A DNA stretch of 64,000 nucleotides, taken from an uncultured Chroococcidiopsis sp. GTDB taxonomy: Bacteria; Cyanobacteriota; Cyanobacteriia; Cyanobacteriales; Chroococcidiopsidaceae. The stretch is taken from assembly GCA_964248365.1 (NCBI GenBank), contig CAXTYC010000002.1, forward strand, positions 64,001 through 128,000, given 5' to 3'. Positions within the stretch are counted from its first letter, which is position 1. Each line of letters begins with the position of its first letter. The translations under genes were made by a program, and so were the position numbers. Below the pieces are notes generated by a model that worked only from the letters and a program-made list of their open reading frames with translations, made no database searches and was not told the origin of the DNA. Below, piece after piece: positions 20,079 to 30,217 of the stretch.

Positions 20079-21884
20079 ATGAATTCTCCTCAAACTGGCA
20101 TCACCCTAGAAGACATCCTGATCGTTGACGATACCCTAGAAAACTTGCGCCTTCTTTCTACAATGCTGATTAAGCAAGGGTATAACGTTCGCAAAGCTAT
20201 AAATGGAAAGATGGCACTGACAGCCGTGCAAACTGTTATGCCAGATTTAATTCTGCTCGACATAATGATGCCAGAGATGGATGGCTATGAGGTTTGTCAA
20301 CGCCTGAAAGCGAATCAGCAAACAGCCAAAATTCCAGTAATTTTTTTGAGCGCTTTAAGTGAAGTATTTGATAAGGTGAAGGCGTTTGAGGTCGGTGCTG
20401 TAGATTATATTACCAAGCCTTTTCAGTTTGAAGAAGTTTTAGCCAGGGTTCAAAATCAAATGGCGCTCAAGTCAGCGCAACGGGAAATTTTGAAGCTAAA
20501 CACTCAATTAGAAGAAAGGGTTAAAGAGCGTACCGAGCAACTCGAATTAGCCAATGCTCAATTGCTGAAAATGGCACTTTACGATCATCTCACAGGTTTG
20601 CCCAATCGGGCTTTATTCTTGGAGCGTCTAGAACAAGCTCTCAACCGTGCCAAGGTAGATTCGGTTTATCAGTTTGCCGTCTTGTTTCTTGACTGCGATC
20701 GCTTTAAAGTTGTCAATGACTCTCTCGGTCATTTGGTAGGAGATGAACTGTTAATTGCAGTTGCTCGTCGCCTAGAAGCATCCCTAAGCCAAAACCATAC
20801 CCTCTGTCGCTTAGGTGGCGATGAATTTGCAATTTTGCTAACAGACATTCAAGATTTTAGCTATACTACCTTTGTAGCAGATGAAATACTTGAGTTGTTT
20901 TCTCATCCGTTTCAACTTCAAGGACATGAAGTATTCATCAACGCCAGTATCGGCATTGCTCTTGGCAATTCCCAATATAATTTGCCAGAACATCTGTTGC
21001 GGGATGCAGATACCGCAATGTATCGTGCCAAATCTTTAGGGAAAGGTCAATATCATATTTTTGCACCCGCTCTGCACGATGCTGCTCTCAAGCTTTTACA
21101 CCTAGAGAGTAATCTTCGCCAAGCGATTAATCAACAAGAATTTATCGTTTACTATCAGCCAATTATCGATCTAAGTGACGGCAAAATTGCTGGGTTTGAG
21201 GCACTAGTACGCTGGCATCATCCCCAATACGGTATGATTTATCCACAATCGTTTATTCCTGTTGCAGAAGAAACTGGTTTAATTATTCCGATTGATAACT
21301 GGGTGCTACGGCAAGCCTGCCATCAGCTACGCTTTTGGCATCAGGAAAAACTCACAGACTATCCCTTATTTATAAGTGTTAATCTTTCGGCGCGACAGTT
21401 TGCCCAACTAGACTTGATCGATCAAATTGACCAAATTTTGACGGAAACGCAACTTCCGCCCGAAAACTTAAAGTTGGAAATTACAGAAAGTGCGATTATA
21501 GACAATATTAAGTCTGCTGCTTTAATCTTACAAAAACTAAGGCAACGCTTAATTGGGTTGAGTATCGATGACTTTGGTACGGGTTATTCTTCTCTGAGTT
21601 ATATGCATTCTTTTCCCGTTAGTACCCTCAAAATTGACCGTTCTTTTGTGCAGCGCCTTGACGGAAATCCAGAAAATTTAGGACTTATTCGCGCAATTAT
21701 CAGTATTGCTCAGACGATGAATATGAGCGTGGTTGCCGAAGGAATTGAAACAACCCAACAGTTAAACCAACTCAAAAACTTAGGCTGCGACTTTGGTCAA
21801 GGATACTTGTTTTCTAAACCTGTCGAGGCGCAAAGAGCAACGGAGCTAATTGCATCAGCCAACTCATCACCCCTACGCCTCTAA
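20079..21884 (+). CDS. Response regulator with diguanylate cyclase and phosphodiesterase domains (REC-GGDEF-EAL)
   Basis: LILLDIMMP receiver, intact RLGGDEF, EALVRW and [13 protein letters not shown] at 20079. Confidence 0.95.
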   Translation: MNSPQTGITLEDILIVDDTLENLRLLSTMLIKQGYNVRKAINGKMALTAVQTVMPDLILLDIMMPEMDGYEVCQRLKANQQTAKIPVIFLSALSEVFDKVKAFEVGAVDYITKPFQFEEVLARVQNQMALKSAQREILKLNTQLEERVKERTEQLELANAQLLKMALYDHLTGLPNRALFLERLEQALNRAKVDSVYQFAVLFLDCDRFKVVNDSLGHLVGDELLIAVARRLEASLSQNHTLCRLGGDEFAILLTDIQDFSYTTFVADEILELFSHPFQLQGHEVFINASIGIALGNSQYNLPEHLLRDADTAMYRAKSLGKGQYHIFAPALHDAALKLLHLESNLRQAINQQEFIVYYQPIIDLSDGKIAGFEALVRWHHPQYGMIYPQSFIPVAEETGLIIPIDNWVLRQACHQLRFWHQEKLTDYPLFISVNLSARQFAQLDLIDQIDQILTETQLPPENLKLEITESAIIDNIKSAALILQKLRQRLIGLSIDDFGTGYSSLSYMHSFPVSTLKIDRSFVQRLDGNPENLGLIRAIISIAQTMNMSVVAEGIETTQQLNQLKNLGCDFGQGYLFSKPVEAQRATELIASANSSPLRL

Positions 21885-21918
21885 CCCGTGCATCCACCCA
21901 AAGGTGTAAATTGAAAGC

Positions 21919-22518
21919 TTAACAGCTAATCATTTCAGGATGCTCGATCCTTGTCCCCAACAGTTTGAGAAATTCTGCTAGCCAATTGGGATGAGCAAGC
22001 CATGTTGGTGCTGTGATTAAGTTACCATCAACCACTACCTCATCAGGTGGAATATGGACATACAATCCACCAGACTTCATCACATCTGGTCCACAAGCAG
22101 GGTAGGCGGTGCAACTTTTACCTTCAAGCACATCAGCAGCTGCTAATACAAGTAGTCCATGACAAATTGCAGCTATAGGTTTATTTGTTTGGGCAAAGTG
22201 GCGGGTAATTTCTAATATCTTTTGATTGAGACGAATATATTCAGGCGCACGTCCTCCTGGTATTACCAAAGCATCATAAGCTGATGCCTCTACCAGGTCA
22301 AACGTGGCATTTAAAGCAAAGTCGTGTCCTCGTTTTTCACTATAAGTTTGATCGCCTTCAAAGTCATGCACCGCTGTCCGCACCTTCTCCCCAGCTTTTT
22401 TATCAGGACAAACTGCATCTACCTGGTGTCCAACCATTTGTAGCGCCTGAAACGGAACCATTACCTCATAATCTTCCACATAGTCGCCGACGAGCATCAA
22501 AATTTTTTTGGCAGCCAT
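21919..22518 (-). CDS. DJ-1/PfpI family protein
   Basis: [17 protein letters not shown] and AICHG (nucleophilic Cys). Confidence 0.92.
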   Translation of the reverse strand: MAAKKILMLVGDYVEDYEVMVPFQALQMVGHQVDAVCPDKKAGEKVRTAVHDFEGDQTYSEKRGHDFALNATFDLVEASAYDALVIPGGRAPEYIRLNQKILEITRHFAQTNKPIAAICHGLLVLAAADVLEGKSCTAYPACGPDVMKSGGLYVHIPPDEVVVDGNLITAPTWLAHPNWLAEFLKLLGTRIEHPEMISC

Positions 22519-22548
22519 TTCTTTAGTCCTCCATTGTCCGGTAGCAAC

Positions 22549-22617
22549 GTAGGGTGGGCAATGCCCACCTCACTTTTTCTATCTCTTTCTGATAATGGTG
22601 GGCAATGCCCACCCTAC
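22549..22617. repeat. REP doublet GTAGGGTGGGCAATGCCCACC / GGTGGGCAATGCCCACCCTAC
   Basis: Two inverted palindromic units. Single relatives near 46958 and 15744. Confidence 0.75.
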
Positions 22618-22919
22618 TGTTCACTATATTTTCTGGCAAATTCATTCAGAGTACGGGTGTAGGGGCGCTCTTTACCGAGCTATCAGTAAGAAAATCGAGA
22701 TTATTCGCAAACCCGCCCTTACCTAGTGAGTAGCGAGTAGTGAAATACCAATTACCAATTACCAATTACCAATTACCACTTATCAGGCAGCAATATTAAC
22801 AAATCGTAAAAAAATATCATGTTTGAAAGCTGTAATCCTGATAGTTCCTGAATTAGACTAGGCAACAGTGCAAATGTACTGTTATTTCTAAGATATAGAA
22901 ACATGGCACTTGAGCCTAA

Positions 22920-25900
22920 ATGATTCCAGTTCAACTGACTCTGAAAAACTTCCTGAGCTATCGTGAAGCAACCTTAGATTTTTCTGGGCTGCATACTGCT
23001 TGTATTTGTGGTTCCAATGGCGCGGGTAAATCTTCCCTACTCGAAGCTATCACTTGGGCAATTTGGGGTCAAAGTCGTGCCGCCTCGGAAGACGATATTA
23101 TACATTCTGGGGCAAAAGAAGTTAGGGTAGATTTTGTCTTTTCTAACAACCAGCATAATTATCGAATTATTCGTACTCGTCACAGAGGTAGTAGTAGTTT
23201 TCTAGAATTTCAAGTTGATACGCCTAACGGGTTTAAGCCGTTGACAGAGCGCGGAGTAAGAGCAACACAGCAGCTGATTTTGGAACATATTAAGCTCGAT
23301 TATGAGACATTTATTAATTCAGCTTACTTGCGTCAAGGGCGGGCGGATGAGTTTATGCTCAAACGCGCAGGGGAACGGAAAGAAATTCTTGCCGAGTTGC
23401 TCAAACTAAATCAGTATGATGAATTGGAAGAACGGGCAAAAGATATGTCCCGCTCTTTCAAAGGACAAGCGGAGCAGCTAGAGCGCTCTTTGGAGTCGAT
23501 GGAAAGTGGGCTGCAACAACGAGAAGCGATCGCTTCTTCTCTTTCCCAAATAGAAACCCAAGTCAATCAACTGCAACAAGCACAAGCATTTGACAATATT
23601 CAACTTCAAAGCTTGCAAGTTGTCCAAAATCAGCAACAAACTTGGGAGCAACAGCTAGGTTTTCTCAGACAGCAGTACCAAAATCTTAGTGGAGATAGCG
23701 ATCGCTTAGAACAAGAGTGCTATTCTATCAGCGCTCAGCTATTAGCTATAGAAGAAATATTAAACCAAGAAAGTGAAATTAAAGCTGGATACGAGCAATA
23801 TCAACAGCTACAAACTCTAGAGGAAACTTTTGCTGATAAATTTGAACAACACTCAGCCGCTGTTGTGCAGCAACAGCACCTACAGCAACAACTGGCGCAG
23901 CAAATTAATTCTATTCGCTCCCAACTACAACGAGCTGAAGGACAGTTAGAAGCATTACAGCATCAAGAACAAGAGATTGGACAAGCTCTAAACAAGTCCA
24001 CTGAAGTAGAAGCGGGATTAGCACAACTTGTCGCCGCTCGTAACCGTCTGGCACAATTGGATCAACTGCAACTTCAGGTGACTCCCCTACTACAACAACG
24101 CGCCGCATTACAAAGCCAGATTGAAAAAGTTCAGACTCGTCTAATGGCGCGATTAGAAGAACTCCAAGCAACAGAAAACCAACTGGCTAGACAACAGCAA
24201 CGCCAACCCCAACTGCAACAAGCAGTAATGGACATCGCGGTACAAATTGAGCAACTGGAAAAAAAGCGAGTCTACCTGGAACGAGTCAGGGAAAAAGGAC
24301 AGGAACGCCGCCACTTTCTCGAACGATTGCAAGCCCATCAACGAGATTATGAAAAACAAATAGGAGAAATAGAGCAAAAAATCCAAATGCTCTCCTCTCC
24401 GAATGCAATTTGTCCCTTGTGCGATCGCTCCCTAGATGAACACCATTGGAACCGAGTGATAGAAAAAACCAAGCAACAACAACAGGAAGTAGGGGAACAA
24501 TTTTGGGTTGTACGAGAGCAAATGACAGTATCTGAACGAGAAATTCAGATATTACGACAGGAATATCGAGAGTTATCCCAGCAACTATCTAATTATGATA
24601 CTTTGCGGGAACAAAGGGGACATTTAGCAGCGCAGTTATCAGCTTCAGATGAGATTGGGCAACGAATAGAGCAAATTGCCGCCGAAAAGCAGCAGCTAGA
24701 AAAGTCGCTGCAAATTGGTGAATACGCCACACAGCATCAAGAACAGTTGCGTCAACTCCTCTGGCAACTACAACAACTCAACTATACTGAGCAAGATCAT
24801 GCCTTAGCTCGAAATGAAGTTGAAAGGTGGCGGTGGGCAGAAATTCGGCAGGGGCAAATTAAAGATGCTCAAAAGCGACTGGGGCAAATTCTTGCCCGAA
24901 AACCAGAGATAGAAGCACAAATAGACAGTTTGCGTACTCAAATTGAGCAGCACCAAACTTCTTCTGAATGCGCTTCATCAATTGCAGCAATTGAGCGCCG
25001 CATTGTCGAAATTGACTATGATACAGAGCAGCATAGCTCTGTACGTAACGCTTTGCGACAAGCTCAGTCTTGGCAGATGCGCTATCAGCAGCTATTATCA
25101 GCCCAGCAACAATATCCCCACTTGCAGCAGCGATCGCAAGATTTGACCGCAGCCATACAAGCTAGATTGGCAGAACGGCAAGTTATTGCAACTCAAATCG
25201 AAACTCTTACTCGTCAACTCGAATCTTCACCGGATACAACGGCACAAATTCAAGCTTTAGAACAACAGCTAGCTTGGGGACGACGACAACTAGATGAGAA
25301 TCTAAGTCAATTGGGACGGTTACAGCAGCAGTTCAACCAGCTTGAGGAGAAGCAAAAAGAGTACGAGCAACAACAGCAGCAATTGCAAGTCGTTCGCAGA
25401 CAATACCGCATATATCAGGAATTGGGGCAAGCGTTTGGGAAAAATGGCATTCAAGCACTGATGATTGAAAATGTGTTACCCCAACTCGAAGCGGAAACCA
25501 ATCAGCTACTAGCAAGGCTAAGTGCGAACCAGCTGCACGTTCAATTTATTACTCAAAAAGCTGGGCGTAGTGGTCGAGCGACGAAGAAAACTGCCAAAAT
25601 GATTGACACACTGGATATTTTAATCGCTGATGCACGGGGAACCAGACCTTATGAAACATACTCCGGTGGAGAGGCGTTTCGGATTAATTTTGCAATTAGA
25701 CTGGCACTGGCAAGATTATTATCTCAAAGAGCAGGGGCGGCGTTGCAATTGTTGATCGTAGATGAAGGTTTTGGTACACAGGATCAGGAGGGATGCGATC
25801 GCCTAATTGCGGCGATTAATGCGATCGCCTCTGATTTTGCTTGCATCCTGACGGTAACGCATATGCCCTATTTCAAAGAAGCTTTTTCTGCCCGCATCGA

Positions 25901-25946
25901 AGTTTCTAAAACACAAAATGGTTCCCACTTGAGTTTGTCAATGTAA
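22920..25946 (+). CDS. sbcC: Exonuclease SbcCD subunit C (Rad50-like SMC ATPase)
   Basis: GSNGAGKSS, LRQGRADEF, CPLC zinc hook within a long coiled coil, YSGGE signature and IVDEGFG. Confidence 0.95.
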   Translation: MIPVQLTLKNFLSYREATLDFSGLHTACICGSNGAGKSSLLEAITWAIWGQSRAASEDDIIHSGAKEVRVDFVFSNNQHNYRIIRTRHRGSSSFLEFQVDTPNGFKPLTERGVRATQQLILEHIKLDYETFINSAYLRQGRADEFMLKRAGERKEILAELLKLNQYDELEERAKDMSRSFKGQAEQLERSLESMESGLQQREAIASSLSQIETQVNQLQQAQAFDNIQLQSLQVVQNQQQTWEQQLGFLRQQYQNLSGDSDRLEQECYSISAQLLAIEEILNQESEIKAGYEQYQQLQTLEETFADKFEQHSAAVVQQQHLQQQLAQQINSIRSQLQRAEGQLEALQHQEQEIGQALNKSTEVEAGLAQLVAARNRLAQLDQLQLQVTPLLQQRAALQSQIEKVQTRLMARLEELQATENQLARQQQRQPQLQQAVMDIAVQIEQLEKKRVYLERVREKGQERRHFLERLQAHQRDYEKQIGEIEQKIQMLSSPNAICPLCDRSLDEHHWNRVIEKTKQQQQEVGEQFWVVREQMTVSEREIQILRQEYRELSQQLSNYDTLREQRGHLAAQLSASDEIGQRIEQIAAEKQQLEKSLQIGEYATQHQEQLRQLLWQLQQLNYTEQDHALARNEVERWRWAEIRQGQIKDAQKRLGQILARKPEIEAQIDSLRTQIEQHQTSSECASSIAAIERRIVEIDYDTEQHSSVRNALRQAQSWQMRYQQLLSAQQQYPHLQQRSQDLTAAIQARLAERQVIATQIETLTRQLESSPDTTAQIQALEQQLAWGRRQLDENLSQLGRLQQQFNQLEEKQKEYEQQQQQLQVVRRQYRIYQELGQAFGKNGIQALMIENVLPQLEAETNQLLARLSANQLHVQFITQKAGRSGRATKKTAKMIDTLDILIADARGTRPYETYSGGEAFRINFAIRLALARLLSQRAGAALQLLIVDEGFGTQDQEGCDRLIAAINAIASDFACILTVTHMPYFKEAFSARIEVSKTQNGSHLSLSM

Positions 25947-25950
25947 TCCA

Positions 25951-27114
25951 ATGCTGCAAGTAGGACAAATTTTACACGAGCGTTATCAACTGAGGCAAAA
26001 ATTAGGGTATGCTGCCAATCGTCAAACTTGGCTAGCAACAGATTTATCAACACACTCACATGAGCTTGTAGTTGTTAAATTGCAGGCTTTTGTAGATGTA
26101 CAGTGGCAAGATATTAAAATGTTTGAGCGCGAAAAACAAATACTTAAACATTTAAATCATCACCAAATTCCCAAGTGTCAAGATTATTTTTGTCTAAATG
26201 AAAATTTGCTATGGTTTGGATTAGTTCACGAATATATTCCTGGTTCATCACTTCAGGAATTGCTGCATGAAGGGAAAAAATTTACACAAGAACAAATCCG
26301 TCAAATTGCCATTGATGTATTAAATATTTTGGTTTACCTGCATGAACTAAATCCACCAGTATTACATCGGGATATTAAGCCAAGTAATTTAATTTGGGGT
26401 GAAGATGAGCAGATTTATTTAGTCGATTTTGGAGCAGTTGGGGATACAGTGGCGAAAGAAGGAGCCACTTTTACGATTGTGGGAACTTATGGTTATACGC
26501 CAATGGAACAATTTGGTGGTAAGGCGGTTCCAGCATCGGATCTATATGCTTTGGGAGCAACTTTGATTCATTTGCTAACCAATGTTGCACCAGCAGATTT
26601 ACCACAAAAAAATTTACAGATTCAATTTGCCCAATTTGTCAACCAATCTCCCGATTTTGTAGCTTGGTTACAGCAGTTATGCGAACCTGCACTAGAAAAA
26701 CGCTTTACAGCAGCTCGTCAGGCGCTATCGGCTTTAGAATCAGGGATGGTTTTACAATCATCTGCTATAGTTAATAATTCTGGACAAGGTGGTTTATTTG
26801 ATTTATCCCTAACCGTACCAGAGGAAATTAGGGGTTGGAATTGGGGAGCATTTTTTCTAACTCCATTTTGGCTAGTGTCAAATCGTGTTTGGATTGGACT
26901 TTTTGCTTTGGTTCCGATTGTTGGATTTTGGATGGCGATCGCAATGGGAATAAAAGGCAATGAATGGGCGTGGAAAAGCCGCAGATGGAAAAGTATTGAG
27001 CAATTTAAAACCCATCAAAAACGCTGGGCGATCGCAGGGATAATTTCAGGTATCTCAGTTAATCTAATTTTTTGGCATCTGAGTATTTTACTATTGCTAT
27101 CAAATTTGATTTAA
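25951..27114 (+). CDS. Hanks-type Ser/Thr protein kinase with a C-terminal membrane domain
   Basis: HRDIKPSN, LVDFG, GTYGYTPMEQ and SDLYALG. The C-terminal domain has GWNWGAFF...KGNEWAW with TM segments. Confidence 0.92.
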   Translation: MLQVGQILHERYQLRQKLGYAANRQTWLATDLSTHSHELVVVKLQAFVDVQWQDIKMFEREKQILKHLNHHQIPKCQDYFCLNENLLWFGLVHEYIPGSSLQELLHEGKKFTQEQIRQIAIDVLNILVYLHELNPPVLHRDIKPSNLIWGEDEQIYLVDFGAVGDTVAKEGATFTIVGTYGYTPMEQFGGKAVPASDLYALGATLIHLLTNVAPADLPQKNLQIQFAQFVNQSPDFVAWLQQLCEPALEKRFTAARQALSALESGMVLQSSAIVNNSGQGGLFDLSLTVPEEIRGWNWGAFFLTPFWLVSNRVWIGLFALVPIVGFWMAIAMGIKGNEWAWKSRRWKSIEQFKTHQKRWAIAGIISGISVNLIFWHLSILLLLSNLI

Positions 27115-27202
27115 AAATTTGATTTAAATCTATAATTTACAAAATAAGTAGGTAGGCGTAAATAAATAAAAGTATGTAAAGATCTGTAAAGAAAATTATC
27201 TG

Positions 27203-27350
27203 AGATCTTGCACCTGTTGCAACAACCGCCTGTCACTTAAGTAACAGACTAATAACCCTCACCCGTTGAAACTCGTTTGAAGCTTGCAAGGCGAGTCTAC
27301 TTTAGTAGACTTCTACTATCGGTTCCTTGGAATTAATTCCCAGGTGGGAT
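27203..27350. mobile_element. MITE-like element, AGATCTTGCACC family, copy 2 (right end degenerate)
   Basis: AGATCTTGCACCTGTTGCAACAACCGCC matches the reverse complement of the right end of the 53096-53272 copy. Both carry the CTACTTTAGTAG palindrome. Confidence 0.55.
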
Positions 27351-27611
27351 TTAGGCAGGCGCTGAACATTAGTGTATCAGCAAGGTAAATTAGTCATTTG
27401 ACTTTTTGCATAAAGTGTGCTAGGCGGGACTTTTAGCGTCCTTCTTTGCGCCTAGTCTGCGGCTTGGAGCTTTGCAGTATGCGCCTAATCAAGCTGTGCC
27501 TGAGGCTTGGAGCTTTGCACTACGGCTACCCCGAAGGGTTACGAGAAGCCGCTGCGCGTCTATGCGCGAAACAAAAAAACAGCTAACAGCTAACAGCTAA
27601 TAGCTTTAATA

Positions 27612-28196
27612 TCAAACTTTGGTTAGCACGTATATACTGCCTTCATTACCGCGCCCTATACGCATATCTTGATCGAGATAGGTAGTATCTAGCCATCCCT
27701 GTTGATTACGGCTGTCTATCTTAGTATCAATAGCAGTAAAGGATTTCCCAGCCTCAATCTGTTGGATTAAATTAGCAGGAGATTGGTAGCCGATTAAGCG
27801 TTGTAAACCAACAATTGAGCGCTCAAATTTAACTTGTACTCGACGCTCTGATACTGGTTCAAATTTAGCAGCAACGCTAACTAATCCTTCAAGATAGGGT
27901 AAACCATAAATCTCAGCAATATTGTAAACACTTTGGGTTTTAACGCGGATACATTGATATATTTGACCGAGTTTGAGCAATGGCAATTGGTCAATATTTA
28001 ATAAACCATTGCTGGTGGTGTAGATTAATCGCCAGTTGCCGTCAAGTAAATCGACCGCTTCTAGAGGACGGGGTGTGGGGTTATGATCTTCAAGAGAAGC
28101 GATCGCCATTAAGATCGCCTGTTTTTCCGATTCTTTGGCTAATAAACTGCGATTTTTACCTGCGATCGCTTCTAACAATGTTGCTTTTCCTAGCAT
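27612..28196 (-). CDS. PAP/fibrillin family protein
   Basis: LEDHNPTPRP, LDGNWRLIYTT, GQIYQCI and WLDTTYLDQDMRIGRGNEGS. Confidence 0.92.
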   Translation of the reverse strand: MLGKATLLEAIAGKNRSLLAKESEKQAILMAIASLEDHNPTPRPLEAVDLLDGNWRLIYTTSNGLLNIDQLPLLKLGQIYQCIRVKTQSVYNIAEIYGLPYLEGLVSVAAKFEPVSERRVQVKFERSIVGLQRLIGYQSPANLIQQIEAGKSFTAIDTKIDSRNQQGWLDTTYLDQDMRIGRGNEGSIYVLTKV

Positions 28197-28208
28197 CGTC
28201 TCTTACCT

Positions 28209-28267
28209 CAGTTACCAGTTATCAGTTATCAGTTACTCAATACCAACTACCAACTACCAACTACCAG
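28209..28267. repeat. STRR-type heptamer repeats
   Basis: (CAGTTAY)n followed by (CCAACTA)n. Confidence 0.8.
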
Positions 28268-28542
28268 CTAACACTGACATCTAATCCCATCCTATTGAGC
28301 TATGCTGGTTTGGTTATCTGCTATTTGATAAGTTTTTTGCTCTTGCTTTTGACATTTGGTAAGCTACTGCATATAAAAATTGCCTCTTGCCCTCTGGACC
28401 TCTTGCCCTCTGGACCTCTGGACCTATCATCACTAAAAATTTAATGTACATCAGCTTAAAATCTTTACATTAATCCAAATTACTCAACGTGATACACTAA
28501 TGGTGTATAATCAAACCCTTCTATTTCGAGTAGACATCCAGT

Positions 28543-28788
28543 ATGCAGAACTCTCCTCTGAGGGAACAACCCCGCGAACAGCGAGCTAGTGTAATTCCCC
28601 TAAAGCACGAATCTTCACTGCTAGACTGGTTGCAATCTAGCGGTCGTCTTATATCACGCGACCAACAAGAACAGGATTTTTTGGATTCAGCAGAAGAAGA
28701 TGATGTTTCAGGCTTGATCGAATCGGATGATGTAGGCGACTTCTACGATGATGATGATGATGAATTAGTCATCGAGGATGACGAGTAG
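28543..28788 (+). CDS. Small acidic cyanobacterial protein (DUF3134-like)
   Basis: NSPLREQPR...VIPLK.E.SLLDWLQSSGRLISR plus an acidic tail, directly upstream of mraY. Confidence 0.8.
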   Translation: MQNSPLREQPREQRASVIPLKHESSLLDWLQSSGRLISRDQQEQDFLDSAEEDDVSGLIESDDVGDFYDDDDDELVIEDDE

Positions 28789-28834
28789 TCATCATTCGGA
28801 TGAACGATATAAAGTCAAGCCCGCACGGTTGGAT

Positions 28835-28889
28835 AGGATGAACGGATGAATGTCTAGATTATTGATTCATCCTTCGTCCTTTCTTTTTT
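28835..28889 (+). terminator. Putative terminator or stem-loop between the DUF3134-like gene and mraY
   Basis: AGGATGAACGGATGAAT / ATTCATCCTTCGTCCT followed by a T-run. Confidence 0.55.
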
Positions 28890-28960
28890 ATCTAGCCTAA
28901 TATTTTAAGGAACTCGGCTATACTCCAAAGCTTAGATGTATGGTGTGAAAGGACAATTTT

Positions 28961-30058
28961 GTGGAAGCAAAATCATCTTCGGAGTCATTCAATCTCTCTG
29001 GTAGTAGTCTGCTTGTGTTACTGACTGTTGTACTGAGTGCAGCGGCTATAATACTTGATTGGGCTGCACATAGGCTACCTTGGCAGGTACAATCACTGAC
29101 TATGCCTTTGTGGGTGTGCGCACTTATCACGGCTGGGCTGGGATATTGGGTAGTACCCCTCCTGGTGCAGTTAAAAACTGGACAGGTGATCCGCGAGGAT
29201 GGTCCTCAAGCTCATTTAAAAAAAGCTGGCACTCCAACAATGGGCGGAGTGTTTTTTGTACCTGTGGCAGTATTAGTTGCTGTGGTATGGTCAGGCTTTG
29301 CCTCGTGTGCGATCGCCTGTTGTGGGATTACATTTGGGTATGGCTTGATCGGCTGGCTAGACGATTGGCAAATCCTGCGTCGCAAGTCGAATAAAGGTAT
29401 CTCGCCACGCATGAAACTTGCCTTGCAAATTGGTTTTGGAGTGCTGTTTTGTGCTTGGCTGGCACACAGTCAATCAGGTAATATCACAGCGATCGCTTTA
29501 CCCTTTGGTTTTGCCATTTCTTTGGGTTGGCTGTTTTGGGCTTTGGCACTGTTTGTGCTAGTGGCAGAAAGTAACGCTACTAACTTAACAGATGGGGTTG
29601 ATGGCTTGGCAGGGGGAACAGTTGCGATCGCTCTATTAGGACTTGGGGCGTTAGTTGCTCCCACATCACCTGAACTGATGATTTTCTGTGCTTGTATGAC
29701 TGGTAGCTGTTTAGGTTTTCTGGTTCACAACCGCAACCCTGCCCGTGTTTTCATGGGAGATACAGGTTCCTTGGCATTAGGAGGAGCTTTATCCGGTGTA
29801 GCTCTACAGACTAATACTTTGTGGGCGCTGTTTATCCTCAGTGGCATCTTTTTTGTCGAATCTTTGTCAGTAATAGCCCAGGTAAGCTACTACAAAGCCA
29901 CTAAAGGATCAGACGGCGTTGGCAAACGACTATTCAAAATGGCTCCCTTACACCATCATCTTGAACTTTCTGGCTGGTCAGAATTGCAAGTGGTTGCCGT
30001 CTTTTACACAATTAATGCAATGCTGGTACTTCTATGTTGGGCAATAGACTTGATTTGA
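28961..30058 (+). CDS. mraY: Phospho-N-acetylmuramoyl-pentapeptide transferase
   Basis: KAGTPTMGG, LDDW, NATNLTDGVDGL, FMGDTGSLALG and MAPLHHHLEL. Confidence 0.97.
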   Translation: MEAKSSSESFNLSGSSLLVLLTVVLSAAAIILDWAAHRLPWQVQSLTMPLWVCALITAGLGYWVVPLLVQLKTGQVIREDGPQAHLKKAGTPTMGGVFFVPVAVLVAVVWSGFASCAIACCGITFGYGLIGWLDDWQILRRKSNKGISPRMKLALQIGFGVLFCAWLAHSQSGNITAIALPFGFAISLGWLFWALALFVLVAESNATNLTDGVDGLAGGTVAIALLGLGALVAPTSPELMIFCACMTGSCLGFLVHNRNPARVFMGDTGSLALGGALSGVALQTNTLWALFILSGIFFVESLSVIAQVSYYKATKGSDGVGKRLFKMAPLHHHLELSGWSELQVVAVFYTINAMLVLLCWAIDLI

Positions 30059-30129
30059 AAATAAGCAAGAGCTAGAGGATACATTTCATCCTTAGACTTC
30101 TTGCTCCAAGTCGGGAAAAGGGAAAAGGG

Positions 30130-30172
30130 GCTAAAGGCTAGAGGCTAGAGGCTAGAGGCTAGAGGCTAGAGG
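30130..30172. repeat. STRR-type (GCTAGAG)n
   Basis: Direct 7-nt repeats between convergent genes. Confidence 0.85.
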
Positions 30173-30217
30173 TTATTTTCTCCCCTTGTCCCCTTGTCCC
30201 CTCTCCCCCTCTTTTGT

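Noticed and set aside
22920..25946. sbcC without an adjacent sbcD, followed 4 nt later by a Ser/Thr kinase, as a defence system
   Set aside because: A split sbcC/sbcD arrangement is common in cyanobacteria, and the protein looks like the housekeeping orthologue.
27980..28444. ORFs containing YQLSV/TTNYQL strings (also 15401-15636 and 45172-45438)
   Set aside because: These are translations of intergenic heptamer repeats, not genes.
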